Origin: a virus
Strand: one strand, 5' to 3'
IMG/VR virus record: IMGVR_UViG_3300035698_012408
DNA: 64,000 nt
In this document: piece by piece, positions 44,160 through 53,100 of the stretch
Numbering within the stretch: the stretch's first letter is position 1
How the letters are laid out: each line of letters begins with the position of its first letter
Notes under the pieces: generated by a model
Databases searched by the model: none
Seen by the model: the letters and a program-made list of their open reading frames with translations, nothing else
What the model was told of the DNA's origin: nothing
Translations under genes and position numbers: made by a program

Positions 44160-44901
44160 CGAAATATGGCTCCATGTCTGTACCCATGCACTGGGCTTTC
44201 AGCTCTTCGTAATTTGTTACCTGTTGACTAATCGGCACCCGGGCAAACCGCACTGACGTGGTCGTAGGATTTAACTGCTTACCAGGATCTACGCCAAGGA
44301 ACTTGTAAATATCCCACATGACCCGCTTGGGCGTGCTGCAAAGCTGCTCATAGGTAATGTGTATAGCATTTTGAAACCGTAGCCCGATCGTGGACTGTGC
44401 GGCTCTGGCCATGTCCACGCTGGTACGCAGAGCACCAAGCGGAATATTTACCGTAGTCCTGTCGTACTCATCCCGCCGAAACTTCCCTGGTGCGTTAGTC
44501 CTTGCCTCCCACGCCCTGCACTTCAATGCCATGCGGTCAGACACGTAGCGTCGCAACAGATTCCAGCGATGCAGCACCACGCAAACCTGCTCAGGCCTAA
44601 AGCTAACCAGCGGCTCGGCCTTCAACATATCGGCCACGCCCGTCTCTATCCACGCCGTCTTGTCAAGCGTGTACTGGCACGTCATGTGATGCGTGTAACC
44701 AACGTGCTTCCCAGCACTGTAATGCTCCAAGACGTTCGCCACCGTGTGAGGCTGTTTCACCTTTTTTGTGTAATGCGACAGCACATTGAACAGCTCGCCG
44801 TGACAGTGCAAGTCTGGATGCGAGTTAATGTAATCGCACATCAGATGCGTCCCAGAACGTGGGAGCGACAACAGCACAAATCCTCGTTTAGACCCTGCCA
44901 T
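44152..44901 (-). CDS. sulfotransferase (NodH/Stf0-like), paralogue 4
   Basis: MAGSKRGFVLLSLPRSGTHLMCDYINSHP, LHRWNLLRRYVSDRM, ends TDMEPYFDE. ATG at 44901 forms a TAATG junction. The track start is 44931. Confidence 0.75.
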   Translation of the reverse strand: MAGSKRGFVLLSLPRSGTHLMCDYINSHPDLHCHGELFNVLSHYTKKVKQPHTVANVLEHYSAGKHVGYTHHMTCQYTLDKTAWIETGVADMLKAEPLVSFRPEQVCVVLHRWNLLRRYVSDRMALKCRAWEARTNAPGKFRRDEYDRTTVNIPLGALRTSVDMARAAQSTIGLRFQNAIHITYEQLCSTPKRVMWDIYKFLGVDPGKQLNPTTTSVRFARVPISQQVTNYEELKAQCMGTDMEPYFDE

Positions 44902-45833
44902 TACAAATACTTCTCCAATAACTGCGCCCACTTCTTATGGAACGTCGCCAACCCGAATCGTTCACGTGCGATTTCGACATTTGGCGGTGAGCCTGCCAAT
45001 GCCTTCTTAACAAATCCTGCCAATACGTTCGCGGAAACTACTGCTCCGCGTTTCGGTGGAATCCTTGTCACCATGTCAGCGAACTCTTTGCAGCTGGCAC
45101 GTGCGGAAACCACCACCCGCTTACCCATGCACGCAGCTTCGAGCACACAGTATGGGAATGCTTCATTATGTGACGGCACGCACAACACATCAGTTGCACG
45201 ATAGACGTCGCCCGGCGTATCAGTGTACCCTTGCAACGTCGTCCACCGATTATTCAACCGCCGGGAGCCTGCGACACCCTGACCAGACAGCAGTGCCGGC
45301 TCCTGCAACTTCCGGGCAGCCTTGGCCACCGCAACGGCATTCTTCAGCCCCGAGTTTCTACCAACAAACCCCAACAGGAACTGCTCCCCGTACTTCTCGC
45401 GTAGGTCCTCGCCGACGCGGTCCAACCGCTCACAATCAACACCGTTCGTGATCGTCAACGGCTCTCGGCCGAGAGTCTTCCTCATGTTCCCCGCTACGGG
45501 TGACGAAACAGCGACCAACACGTCGGCGGCCTTCATAGCATCCACCCAGCCAGCGTGCCACTTGTTACGGTGATGCCGCACGCAGATCTGCACGCCGCCA
45601 ACCCGTTTGGTCACGCCGCCACTGGAATCGATGATCACCTTCGCGTCAGTGATAACACCTTGCTGCCACTCCAGCCCTGCCGCTGTAAGCCGCGCAAGTG
45701 CCGCGGGTAGAATCATCGGACCCTGAACACGGACACGCATACCGATAGACTGCAAGTAAGGGGCTAGGCTTAACACCCATGTGAGTCCCCCGCCGCAGTC
45801 CAATTTCTTGAATGCAAATGCTATATCGATCAC
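44901..45833 (-). CDS. GT4-family (GT-B) glycosyltransferase, paralogue 1
   Basis: E-x7-E motif EAFPYCVLEAACMGKRVVVS. Collinear with the next gene. A GTG at 45833 (GTGA overlap, TGGAGAAG SD) aligns with the paralogue's MTDITFAF. Alternative start at 45860. Confidence 0.7.
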   Translation of the reverse strand: MIDIAFAFKKLDCGGGLTWVLSLAPYLQSIGMRVRVQGPMILPAALARLTAAGLEWQQGVITDAKVIIDSSGGVTKRVGGVQICVRHHRNKWHAGWVDAMKAADVLVAVSSPVAGNMRKTLGREPLTITNGVDCERLDRVGEDLREKYGEQFLLGFVGRNSGLKNAVAVAKAARKLQEPALLSGQGVAGSRRLNNRWTTLQGYTDTPGDVYRATDVLCVPSHNEAFPYCVLEAACMGKRVVVSARASCKEFADMVTRIPPKRGAVVSANVLAGFVKKALAGSPPNVEIARERFGLATFHKKWAQLLEKYL

Positions 45834-46768
45834 AGATACTTCTCCAATAACTGCATCCACTTTTTGTAGAATAATGGCAGCCCGAAACGCTCTCGGGCTA
45901 CCGCAACGTCGGGAGGCGGGCCTGCCAATGCCTTCTTCACATGTGCTACTATTGCCTCTGCCGTCGGAGTAGTCCTGGCATGCTGCACTTCGATTCGCGT
46001 AACCATATCAGCGTACTCTTCGCAATGTGCGCGAGCTGATACCACCACACGTTTACCGAGACACAGAGCTTCTACCACCGAGAATGGGAAGGCTTCGTGC
46101 TTGGATGGCACGCACATGACGTCAGCGGCTCGATAGACATCGCCTATCGTGGTCGTGTAACCAATCAACTGCGTGTAGTCGTTCTTCAGTCGACTATCCC
46201 CAGCAATGTTACCGCCCGCAAAGATAGCATGGCGATTGAATAGCTTGGCCGCCTTGGCTATCTGTGCTGCGTTCTTCAACTGAGAGTTACGACCGACGAA
46301 CCCCATCAGAAACTCACGACCGAACTTTTTACGCAGGTCCACACCAACCTTGTCCAGACGGTCAATGTCCACGCCGTTGTTGATGACCACGGGCATTCGC
46401 CCAGTGTATCGACGGGTGTTATGAGCCACCGGGATAGACACGGCGACGATTTCATCCGCTTTCTTCGTAGCCTTCACCCAACCACTCAGCCACGTCCGCC
46501 GGCTATGCCGCACGGCGATGACAGGGCCATCATGCTCCCGTGCTACCTTGCAGCCACTGGAGTCGATCACGATGCGGGTATCCTTGATGACACCGATCTC
46601 GAACGGGATGCCCGCTGCTGTCAACGTGGCTATCGCCGTTGGAAACAGCTTCGGTCCCTGGACACGGACGGTCACGCCCTGTGACTGAAGATAAGAGGCG
46701 AGCGAGATTACCCAGGTAAGCCCACCGCCATTATTTAATCCGCGGAACGCGAACGTGATGTCGGTCAT
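45830..46768 (-). CDS. GT4-family (GT-B) glycosyltransferase, paralogue 2
   Basis: 312 aa. EAFPFSVVEALCLGKRVVVS. Roughly 55-60% identical by eye to paralogue 1. ATGA overlap with the methyltransferase gene. Confidence 0.75.
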   Translation of the reverse strand: MTDITFAFRGLNNGGGLTWVISLASYLQSQGVTVRVQGPKLFPTAIATLTAAGIPFEIGVIKDTRIVIDSSGCKVAREHDGPVIAVRHSRRTWLSGWVKATKKADEIVAVSIPVAHNTRRYTGRMPVVINNGVDIDRLDKVGVDLRKKFGREFLMGFVGRNSQLKNAAQIAKAAKLFNRHAIFAGGNIAGDSRLKNDYTQLIGYTTTIGDVYRAADVMCVPSKHEAFPFSVVEALCLGKRVVVSARAHCEEYADMVTRIEVQHARTTPTAEAIVAHVKKALAGPPPDVAVARERFGLPLFYKKWMQLLEKYL

Positions 46769-47319
46769 GCCTTCTCCAGATAGAAGATCGTTTCCTTCCG
46801 ATACGTATCCTCGTGGTGGATATGCCCTTTGAGCATCTCACGCAGATCCGCTTCGCATAACCGAATGTTTGGAATGATGTGGCCTTCCCAGTTATCGTCC
46901 CTGACGTTCGTGTCCGTCTCGGCCATTCGCAAGAACAACACCAACGTCATCCGTTTCGTGTAGGACTTGAGAGCGTTTTCGAGAATCTTCCGCCAGTTGA
47001 CGTTATGTTCCAACACGTGACGCATGTTGAGGCAGGGCACGCGGGAGGTGTAGACTTCGAGATCCTTCAGGTAATCACAGAATCCCGCAGTGCCATCAAC
47101 GCCGATATATTCCGGCCGATCGGCTGGGGGCACCATGTTGTGCAGCACCTTCTCGAAGTCGCGGCAACCGCAGCCCCAGTCTTCAATCATGCCGTTGCCT
47201 TCCAGCCACGCGACAGATCGCCGATAGGAAGTTTTGCGTCCGTAGTCCCGCCGATGCGCTCCGTCTTTATAACACGGCGACCACTTACCGGCTCCACTTT
47301 CTTCTCTTGACTTCCCCAC
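46765..47319 (-). CDS. class I SAM-dependent methyltransferase
   Basis: 184 aa. Motif I-like MIEDWGCGCRDF, followed by YIGVDG and MRHVLEH. GTG start with an AAGGAGAG SD. Confidence 0.65.
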   Translation of the reverse strand: MGKSREESGAGKWSPCYKDGAHRRDYGRKTSYRRSVAWLEGNGMIEDWGCGCRDFEKVLHNMVPPADRPEYIGVDGTAGFCDYLKDLEVYTSRVPCLNMRHVLEHNVNWRKILENALKSYTKRMTLVLFLRMAETDTNVRDDNWEGHIIPNIRLCEADLREMLKGHIHHEDTYRKETIFYLEKA

Positions 47320-47329
47320 GCTACTCTCC

Positions 47330-48760
47330 TTAAATAATTCGACTTAGTAATTGTGCCACAGGCGATGCCTGCTTTACGAGAAATCCATCCGTGCCAGCCC
47401 CGACACGTGTCCCACCACTCCGCCCATTGTCTCCTGGGACATGAAGCCCATCCTGCCCGGCGGTTCCCGATCTGGAGCTCGCCCCACCACTTGGTCGTGA
47501 TCCTCCCGGAAACTCCGTGGTGCCAGCTCTCTTGGTGGTGGCATTAGGCCCTGCGGCAGGTCCTGCACCTCGTCCATGATCGGCGTGTTCGAGGTCACTC
47601 CGCGAATCCGATCGGCTGCACGTGACAGACCATGTGGCTGTCTTGGTTCGGGCAACGGCTCCAGCATTGCTGGCCGCGTGTGCAACTGCGGCGGTTCGTG
47701 AGACCGTGGCGGCTCCTGCTGGTACAGCGAATGGAACGACTGGAACGCGTGCTCCTGCGGCTCCACCGGCAGATCCCGACTTAGTTGCTCCACCTGCCGC
47801 CCGTCCTCCGTCATTATCCAAGACACTCCGATGAACCTCGGGTCGCTGTACATGTGCTTCCGTTGCGGTCGCGAGACGATCCACAGCGGACCCCCGGGCG
47901 GAGGTGGCGGGGTCCACAGTTGCGGCAGCGACAACACCCGGGACGGCGGCTCCACCAGCTTTGCTAGTGGCGGAGGTAACGGCTTCTCCGGTGGCAGCTT
48001 GATCAGACCCAAATCCCCCGACTTTATAACGCGGATCACGATATGATCGCCAGTCTCGGATCGCATCGAGGACTTGATTTCCTGTCTGAGCCTTCGACGC
48101 ATCCCCCGACTGGCTATCGGCTGCGTAACTGGTTGATTCACTTGCGTTTGTGTCATAGAAACTGCTCCCGCTCTTCCCAAAAACTGGTATGTTTTCGTGA
48201 ATTGGATCGGTACTTAGAAACCGTCCAGGGTTATGAATCAGGCTGCCCTTTTTGACATTGCCAGCCTGAAGGACTCGCTTCTTGCGAATCGCGAAGGTGC
48301 TATGGAACTTGAACTCGCCGTTCTTCGGCAGGCCGCTCAGTCCATAACTTTTACGTAGCTTCTCCAGCTCGGGGCTGTGGATTTCGATCATCCAACACTT
48401 GGAGACGTCATCCCAGCCGTGAGGTGATACTGCCCGCACTGGGCCCAACGTGTAACCGAAGGACTTACCACGTTCTGTTATCTTATCACCTCCACCGATT
48501 TCGTCAATCTCTTCTTTCCGCATTACCGAGACATGAGCCCTATAATTCCCAGAATCTTGCTTGGGTACCTCGGTCCCTGGCTCATTCAACGCTTGGAACG
48601 CACCATGCCCTAAGGCGTTCGGTACGTCCATCAGGAGCCACCCGGAGGCAGATAGGTAGAGTTTGCCCTGGAGCGAGTACGAAAGCTCAGGGGCAGCCGC
48701 AGCCATCTTGCGACCGCCCCGAGCTTCGCAACCTTGGCGGGTTGTATCAGTCATTGACAT
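47330..48760 (-). CDS. 2H-phosphoesterase-like protein (LigT / cyclic-nucleotide phosphodiesterase superfamily); only the N-terminal ~190 aa look genuine
   Basis: Two H-x-[ST]-x motifs about 78 aa apart: RAHVSVMRK and FKFHSTFAIRK. The ORF has no in-frame stop until 47330 and so overlaps the better-supported 47374-48156 frame. The likely start at 48760 lies 5 nt after the upstream stop. Confidence 0.5.
   Translation of the reverse strand: MSMTDTTRQGCEARGGRKMAAAAPELSYSLQGKLYLSASGWLLMDVPNALGHGAFQALNEPGTEVPKQDSGNYRAHVSVMRKEEIDEIGGGDKITERGKSFGYTLGPVRAVSPHGWDDVSKCWMIEIHSPELEKLRKSYGLSGLPKNGEFKFHSTFAIRKKRVLQAGNVKKGSLIHNPGRFLSTDPIHENIPVFGKSGSSFYDTNASESTSYAADSQSGDASKAQTGNQVLDAIRDWRSYRDPRYKVGGFGSDQAATGEAVTSATSKAGGAAVPGVVAAATVDPATSARGSAVDRLATATEAHVQRPEVHRSVLDNDGGRAAGGATKSGSAGGAAGARVPVVPFAVPAGAATVSRTAAVAHAASNAGAVARTKTATWSVTCSRSDSRSDLEHADHGRGAGPAAGPNATTKRAGTTEFPGGSRPSGGASSRSGTAGQDGLHVPGDNGRSGGTRVGAGTDGFLVKQASPVAQLLSRII
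47374..48156 (-). CDS. Pro-rich hypothetical protein (the frame supported by codon-position GC)
   Basis: ATG at 48156 has a GGGAG SD. Hand counts at 47701-47760 and 47941-48000 give GC3 of 85% and 70% in this frame, versus 40% and 50% in the overlapping 511-aa frame. Confidence 0.5.
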   Translation of the reverse strand: MTQTQVNQPVTQPIASRGMRRRLRQEIKSSMRSETGDHIVIRVIKSGDLGLIKLPPEKPLPPPLAKLVEPPSRVLSLPQLWTPPPPPGGPLWIVSRPQRKHMYSDPRFIGVSWIMTEDGRQVEQLSRDLPVEPQEHAFQSFHSLYQQEPPRSHEPPQLHTRPAMLEPLPEPRQPHGLSRAADRIRGVTSNTPIMDEVQDLPQGLMPPPRELAPRSFREDHDQVVGRAPDREPPGRMGFMSQETMGGVVGHVSGLARMDFS

Positions 48761-48765
48761 ACCTG

Positions 48766-49461
48766 TTATTCTTTGGATGGTGTGATTGTCGTGCGATCCA
48801 ACAACTGGGAATTGATTACATCCTGGGCCCCACGACTCTCCGCACCCCTTATGATCTGTGGCCACCGGCGATCCTGTTGCATCTGTATCGCCTCCACTTG
48901 TGTTTGCAGCCTACCGATCGACACCCACATTTCTCGACGATCAAGCTGACACTCATCCGTGATCCTATGGAGCTTCTCGACCTCGAAATGTGCATCCATC
49001 AACTGCACCTCTTCCCGTCCCAGCCGATCGATAACATCAGGATGCGCTGGCAGCGCCTCGTGCTCGCTGAGCATCTGACGCGTCTCGCCCACATCCACGC
49101 TTATCGGGGACATCGTCATGTTCACAAAGGCCACGAAGACCCCGCCAAGGGCCAATGAAGCCACGATGGCTGACATAACCAGCGGCCAGCTCACCTGACC
49201 ATGCTGCGATACTTCGTGTTGCTGTTCGTCGATTCGCCGGTGGATCTCAGCTGACCGTCCGGTCGCGCGTAAATCCGACTCCTGCATCATCCGCCGCGTC
49301 TCTTCAAACCCGGCTGTTACGGTGCGGTTTGTCTGCTCGACCATTTGCAACGTATGCTGCATGTCGCGCTCCAACCCGGTGACCCGACCTTCCAAATGTG
49401 CGTGTGCCTGGCCTGTAGCAACAGCGGCCTTCGCAGTCCCTGCTTCTTGTGTTCCAGCCAT
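48766..49461 (-). CDS. coiled-coil protein with a central transmembrane helix
   Basis: The codon-position signal supports coding only from MAGTQEAG (49461) onwards. The track start is 49653. TM segment WPLVMSAIVASLALGGVFVAFV. Confidence 0.5.
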   Translation of the reverse strand: MAGTQEAGTAKAAVATGQAHAHLEGRVTGLERDMQHTLQMVEQTNRTVTAGFEETRRMMQESDLRATGRSAEIHRRIDEQQHEVSQHGQVSWPLVMSAIVASLALGGVFVAFVNMTMSPISVDVGETRQMLSEHEALPAHPDVIDRLGREEVQLMDAHFEVEKLHRITDECQLDRREMWVSIGRLQTQVEAIQMQQDRRWPQIIRGAESRGAQDVINSQLLDRTTITPSKE

Positions 49462-49734
49462 TATCTCGTCTTTCTTGCAGCCATCCAGGGCCGCTGTTAT
49501 CGTAAGTGCGTATCGAAGAACCCTTGTCATCCCCTGCGACAAGACCGGATAGCCACTAGGACTATCACAACGACGGCATCTTGGGACGCATCCGTCATTC
49601 CACCTCCCGCCTCGTTGGCTTTTACCATGAGACGGTTGCCAAGCAGTACCCACTCCATCTTGGTATGGGTACCGCCGCTAACCGACCAGCGTCTTGGTCA
49701 ATTCGTCGATACGCACTCGCGTGCTCGCTAAATT

Positions 49735-50043
49735 CTACCATCTCCGATCTGCTGTCGCAACACAAGAGGAGCAGCTAACAGCATCTGCTGCCCCGTTGGG
49801 CCTACTACTACGAATCATTATTGTACTCTGCGGGAGGGTCGACCGCAGGAGATCTCTTCGCGGAACTCCTTTGCCCACGGCAAGGTGAAGAACGTAACCT
49901 CGCATCTGTTGGTAGGACCCGTCCCTGAATGACGGTAGGAACCTGGCCAACGCCCGACCGAAACCCCTGGCTACCCAGGTGAACGCCCCGCCAACACTTC
50001 CGAGAGGCAGAGCGCGGGGTTTGAAGGTGTCCAGGCATATCAT
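49735..50043 (-). CDS. possible small basic protein; weak
   Basis: ATG at 50043 is preceded by GGGAGGGACAGG. GC3 is about 75% in one 60-nt sample, but the first/second-position pattern is atypical. Confidence 0.25.
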   Translation of the reverse strand: MICLDTFKPRALPLGSVGGAFTWVARGFGRALARFLPSFRDGSYQQMRGYVLHLAVGKGVPRRDLLRSTLPQSTIMIRSSRPNGAADAVSCSSCVATADRRW

Positions 50044-50162
50044 GCTCTTACCTGTCCCTCCCGGGGACCGCACCACTCTCCGCAACCACCGTACTCGGCT
50101 CACCCGGTTTGTGAACTTGAGCTAGATCACGGCCGCCAGCACGTCCCGCACTCCCGCTGCTT

Positions 50163-53100
50163 TTACGTTGTCGCTGGTGCGACGTTAGCCGGCGTTGCCG
50201 CCGCCTGTGATGTTCGCCATTTGTACCAAAGATCCAAAAACTGATCCTGCTGCTCCGGCGCCACGATGTCCTCCATCATGCCAGATCGCAATCCGGTGAC
50301 GTCGCCCGCGAAGCCAATAACTGAATTACCCCAGCTGCCAAAGCCAGCAGCTCTGTCAAGTTGTTCCTGCTGATCAGGCCCGACCGCATTAAACACGGCC
50401 TCAAGTGCGTGTTCGCCGCCTTGGCCGCCGCGAAGTGCCATCGCCACCATCGGCTTCACTGCCGCCTTCATTGCGTCGGACATCGGCTCCGGTGGAGACA
50501 CCACGTCACTGCCCGCCTCGTACACCTCCTCGGCTCCTGGCTCGAACTGATCTCGCACGAAACCCTGGACGCCTTCTCCGAACATGCCTTGGCGTGCCAG
50601 CGGATAGGCTGCTCCGGCTAACCCTAGCAGGGCCATAAGCCAACTTCCAATACCGCCGCCGTCCTTGCTGGTCATCGCGGACACCAGACCGAGCAGACCA
50701 ACGCCTGCACCGCCATAGAGCAAGACCTGCTCCCAGGTGTCCATGCTTTCGAGCATCCCGCCCACTTCTTCCTCCGGTACGCCTTCAGCCACCAACGCGG
50801 CCGCTGCGTCGTCTGTGACCACCTGCGGTACCGGCTGATCATTTGCAACAGTCTGCACGATCGCCTGCTTATCGGGATCAGCAAATAGGCCAGTTATCGA
50901 CTCGCCAGCTTGATCCAGGTACTCTTGAGCCCTCTCCGGGAACTCGTTTACGAGGCCCGGTATGCCCATACTCTCAAACAGCCCTTCGATCGGGCGTAGC
51001 GGCAGATTCTGCTCTACCCCGGCTTCAGGCTGCTGTGGTCCTTGAACCGGTGCCCCAGGCTGCTGTGGTCCTTGAACCGGTGCCCCAGGCTGCTGTGGTC
51101 CTTGAACCGGCGCTCCGGGCTGCTGTGGTCCTTGCGCCGGCGCTCCGGGCTGTTGCGGACCTTGAACCGGCGCAGGTGGCGGCGTGGGCTGCGCAGGTGG
51201 CTGCGCAGGCTGCTGGGGTCCAGCCACCGGCGTGGCGGGTGTGTTAGGTGGTGTGGGTGTGTTAGGTGGTGTGGGTGTGGTAAGTGGTGCAGTCACCGGA
51301 GGTACCGACGAAACGGGTGGAGCCGCTACCGGCTCCACTGGTGGTGCTGCTGCGGGTGCGGCCGGCCCGGGCACGTTCGGCGTGGCACCAGGGAAGAACG
51401 TCTCCGTACCCTGCGGCAACGTCGTCGCCATCGGTACGTTGCCAAGCATCTCGGCCGGAGGCAGTGTCGCTGGTGGCGTCGGTACGCCTGCTGCCATCTT
51501 CACCCACGACTGTTGCTTCTCCCGCCCGTAGGCCCGGAGCAGGTCCTGCTGTGCTTGTTGCTGGGCTGCCATATCCGCAGCTTGCTCAATCTGAGCTTCG
51601 CTGATTCCCGGTTGGCCGCCGTACTGCTCTGTCAACATCACCTTATATTGCTTAGCGTATTCAGCCACCCGTTGCTCGCCACCCGTCTGCAACGCTTCAC
51701 GCGGTGTCGTGGCAAGTTGCTCTCGATCAAAATCTACAGCAAAGTCAGCGGGATTAGCAGGCTCTACCACTCCGGTGCGTTCCAGCCATCGCTGCGTACC
51801 GCCGCTCTGCTGCTGGTGATTTTCACGCATCCCCTGAACAGCGCCACCTCCGGCCGTCCACTTCAGTGGGATAGTCAGATCTTTAAGACCCTTGGTAACA
51901 GACGGATTCATTCCGGGAATCCTCTGCGACGCGCCAGACATACCACGAAGTGCCGCCCAGGACGGAAGATCTTCTACGACCCCGGCACCTGCCTCAGTAA
52001 GCATTCGCTGAGCTATATTTGCCCCGGGCTGGTTTCCTATCTCGCGAATGCGATCTGCCCCAAGCTGTTGGTAATCACCAAGATTACCGCCGCCGGGCAT
52101 CGGCACGCCATCGATACCGATCTGTATCCCTTCATACGCCGGTGCGAGTGCTTGATACTTAGCGAGCGTATTGAGTGTCGGTTGGAACCCTTTAATACCC
52201 TTCCCCAAACCCCCGAACGCCAGCGACTGAGCAACCTGTGGAGCTGCCTCGACACCGCGGCCAACCATCCGTTTAAGACCACGCCCGACGGGGCCACTCT
52301 CCAATGCCCCTTCCGACAAATCACGACGCGCGCCCGCCCGCCCGGTTCGCGTATCGCGAGCCAGCTGCCCAAGATACTTCATCCGCTGCAACATGTCTTC
52401 CCGAGATGCCTGCGGAAGACTCTGATCTATAGCCCCTTGCATAAGCCGCGGCGCACTGTACTCCGTTAGCTCGCTCATCTGATTCAGTTGTGTCTGGGCG
52501 TCAGCGTCGCCGGCACCAGCGGCTGCGCGTAGTTCATCCAGTCGGTCGCCATTGCTCAACATCTGTCGCGCATTGTGCGAGTTCCCGCGATTCACATCCT
52601 CCATCGCTAGGGTGCGTGCGAACTCTTCTGGATGGCGATTTGCTTCACGCATCTGACCACCGTAGTCGCCCAAGCTCCCCTGCGCGCTGTTCGGATGCAG
52701 CCCCACCCTTGCCGCGTGCGGATTGATACCTTCTCTCAGTGGTGTCAGAATGGGCGAGATAAGGTCATTCAAACCACCTAACGCTCCGGTGTCTGGATTT
52801 TCACCTGTAGCCGCAGCAGACATTCGACCCCCAAGCGGTCCGAGTGTCCTCAACGCGACCAGTGCCTGAGGTATATTTAGAGCGCCACGACCTACATTAG
52901 ATGCTATATCACGAGCCATATCCCCACCGGTACGTCGATCATTCGCCACCGCGTAGGAATTAGCTGCATACTGTGCTGCCTCATCGCCCAACGGCGCGAG
53001 ATTCAATATATGATTACCACGCTCTCCCCCCGGTGCCGTGGTCTTCTGCCCAAAGAAAAACCCGGCGCCTGGAGCTTGCCCGACCGGGATAGGTGCCAAG

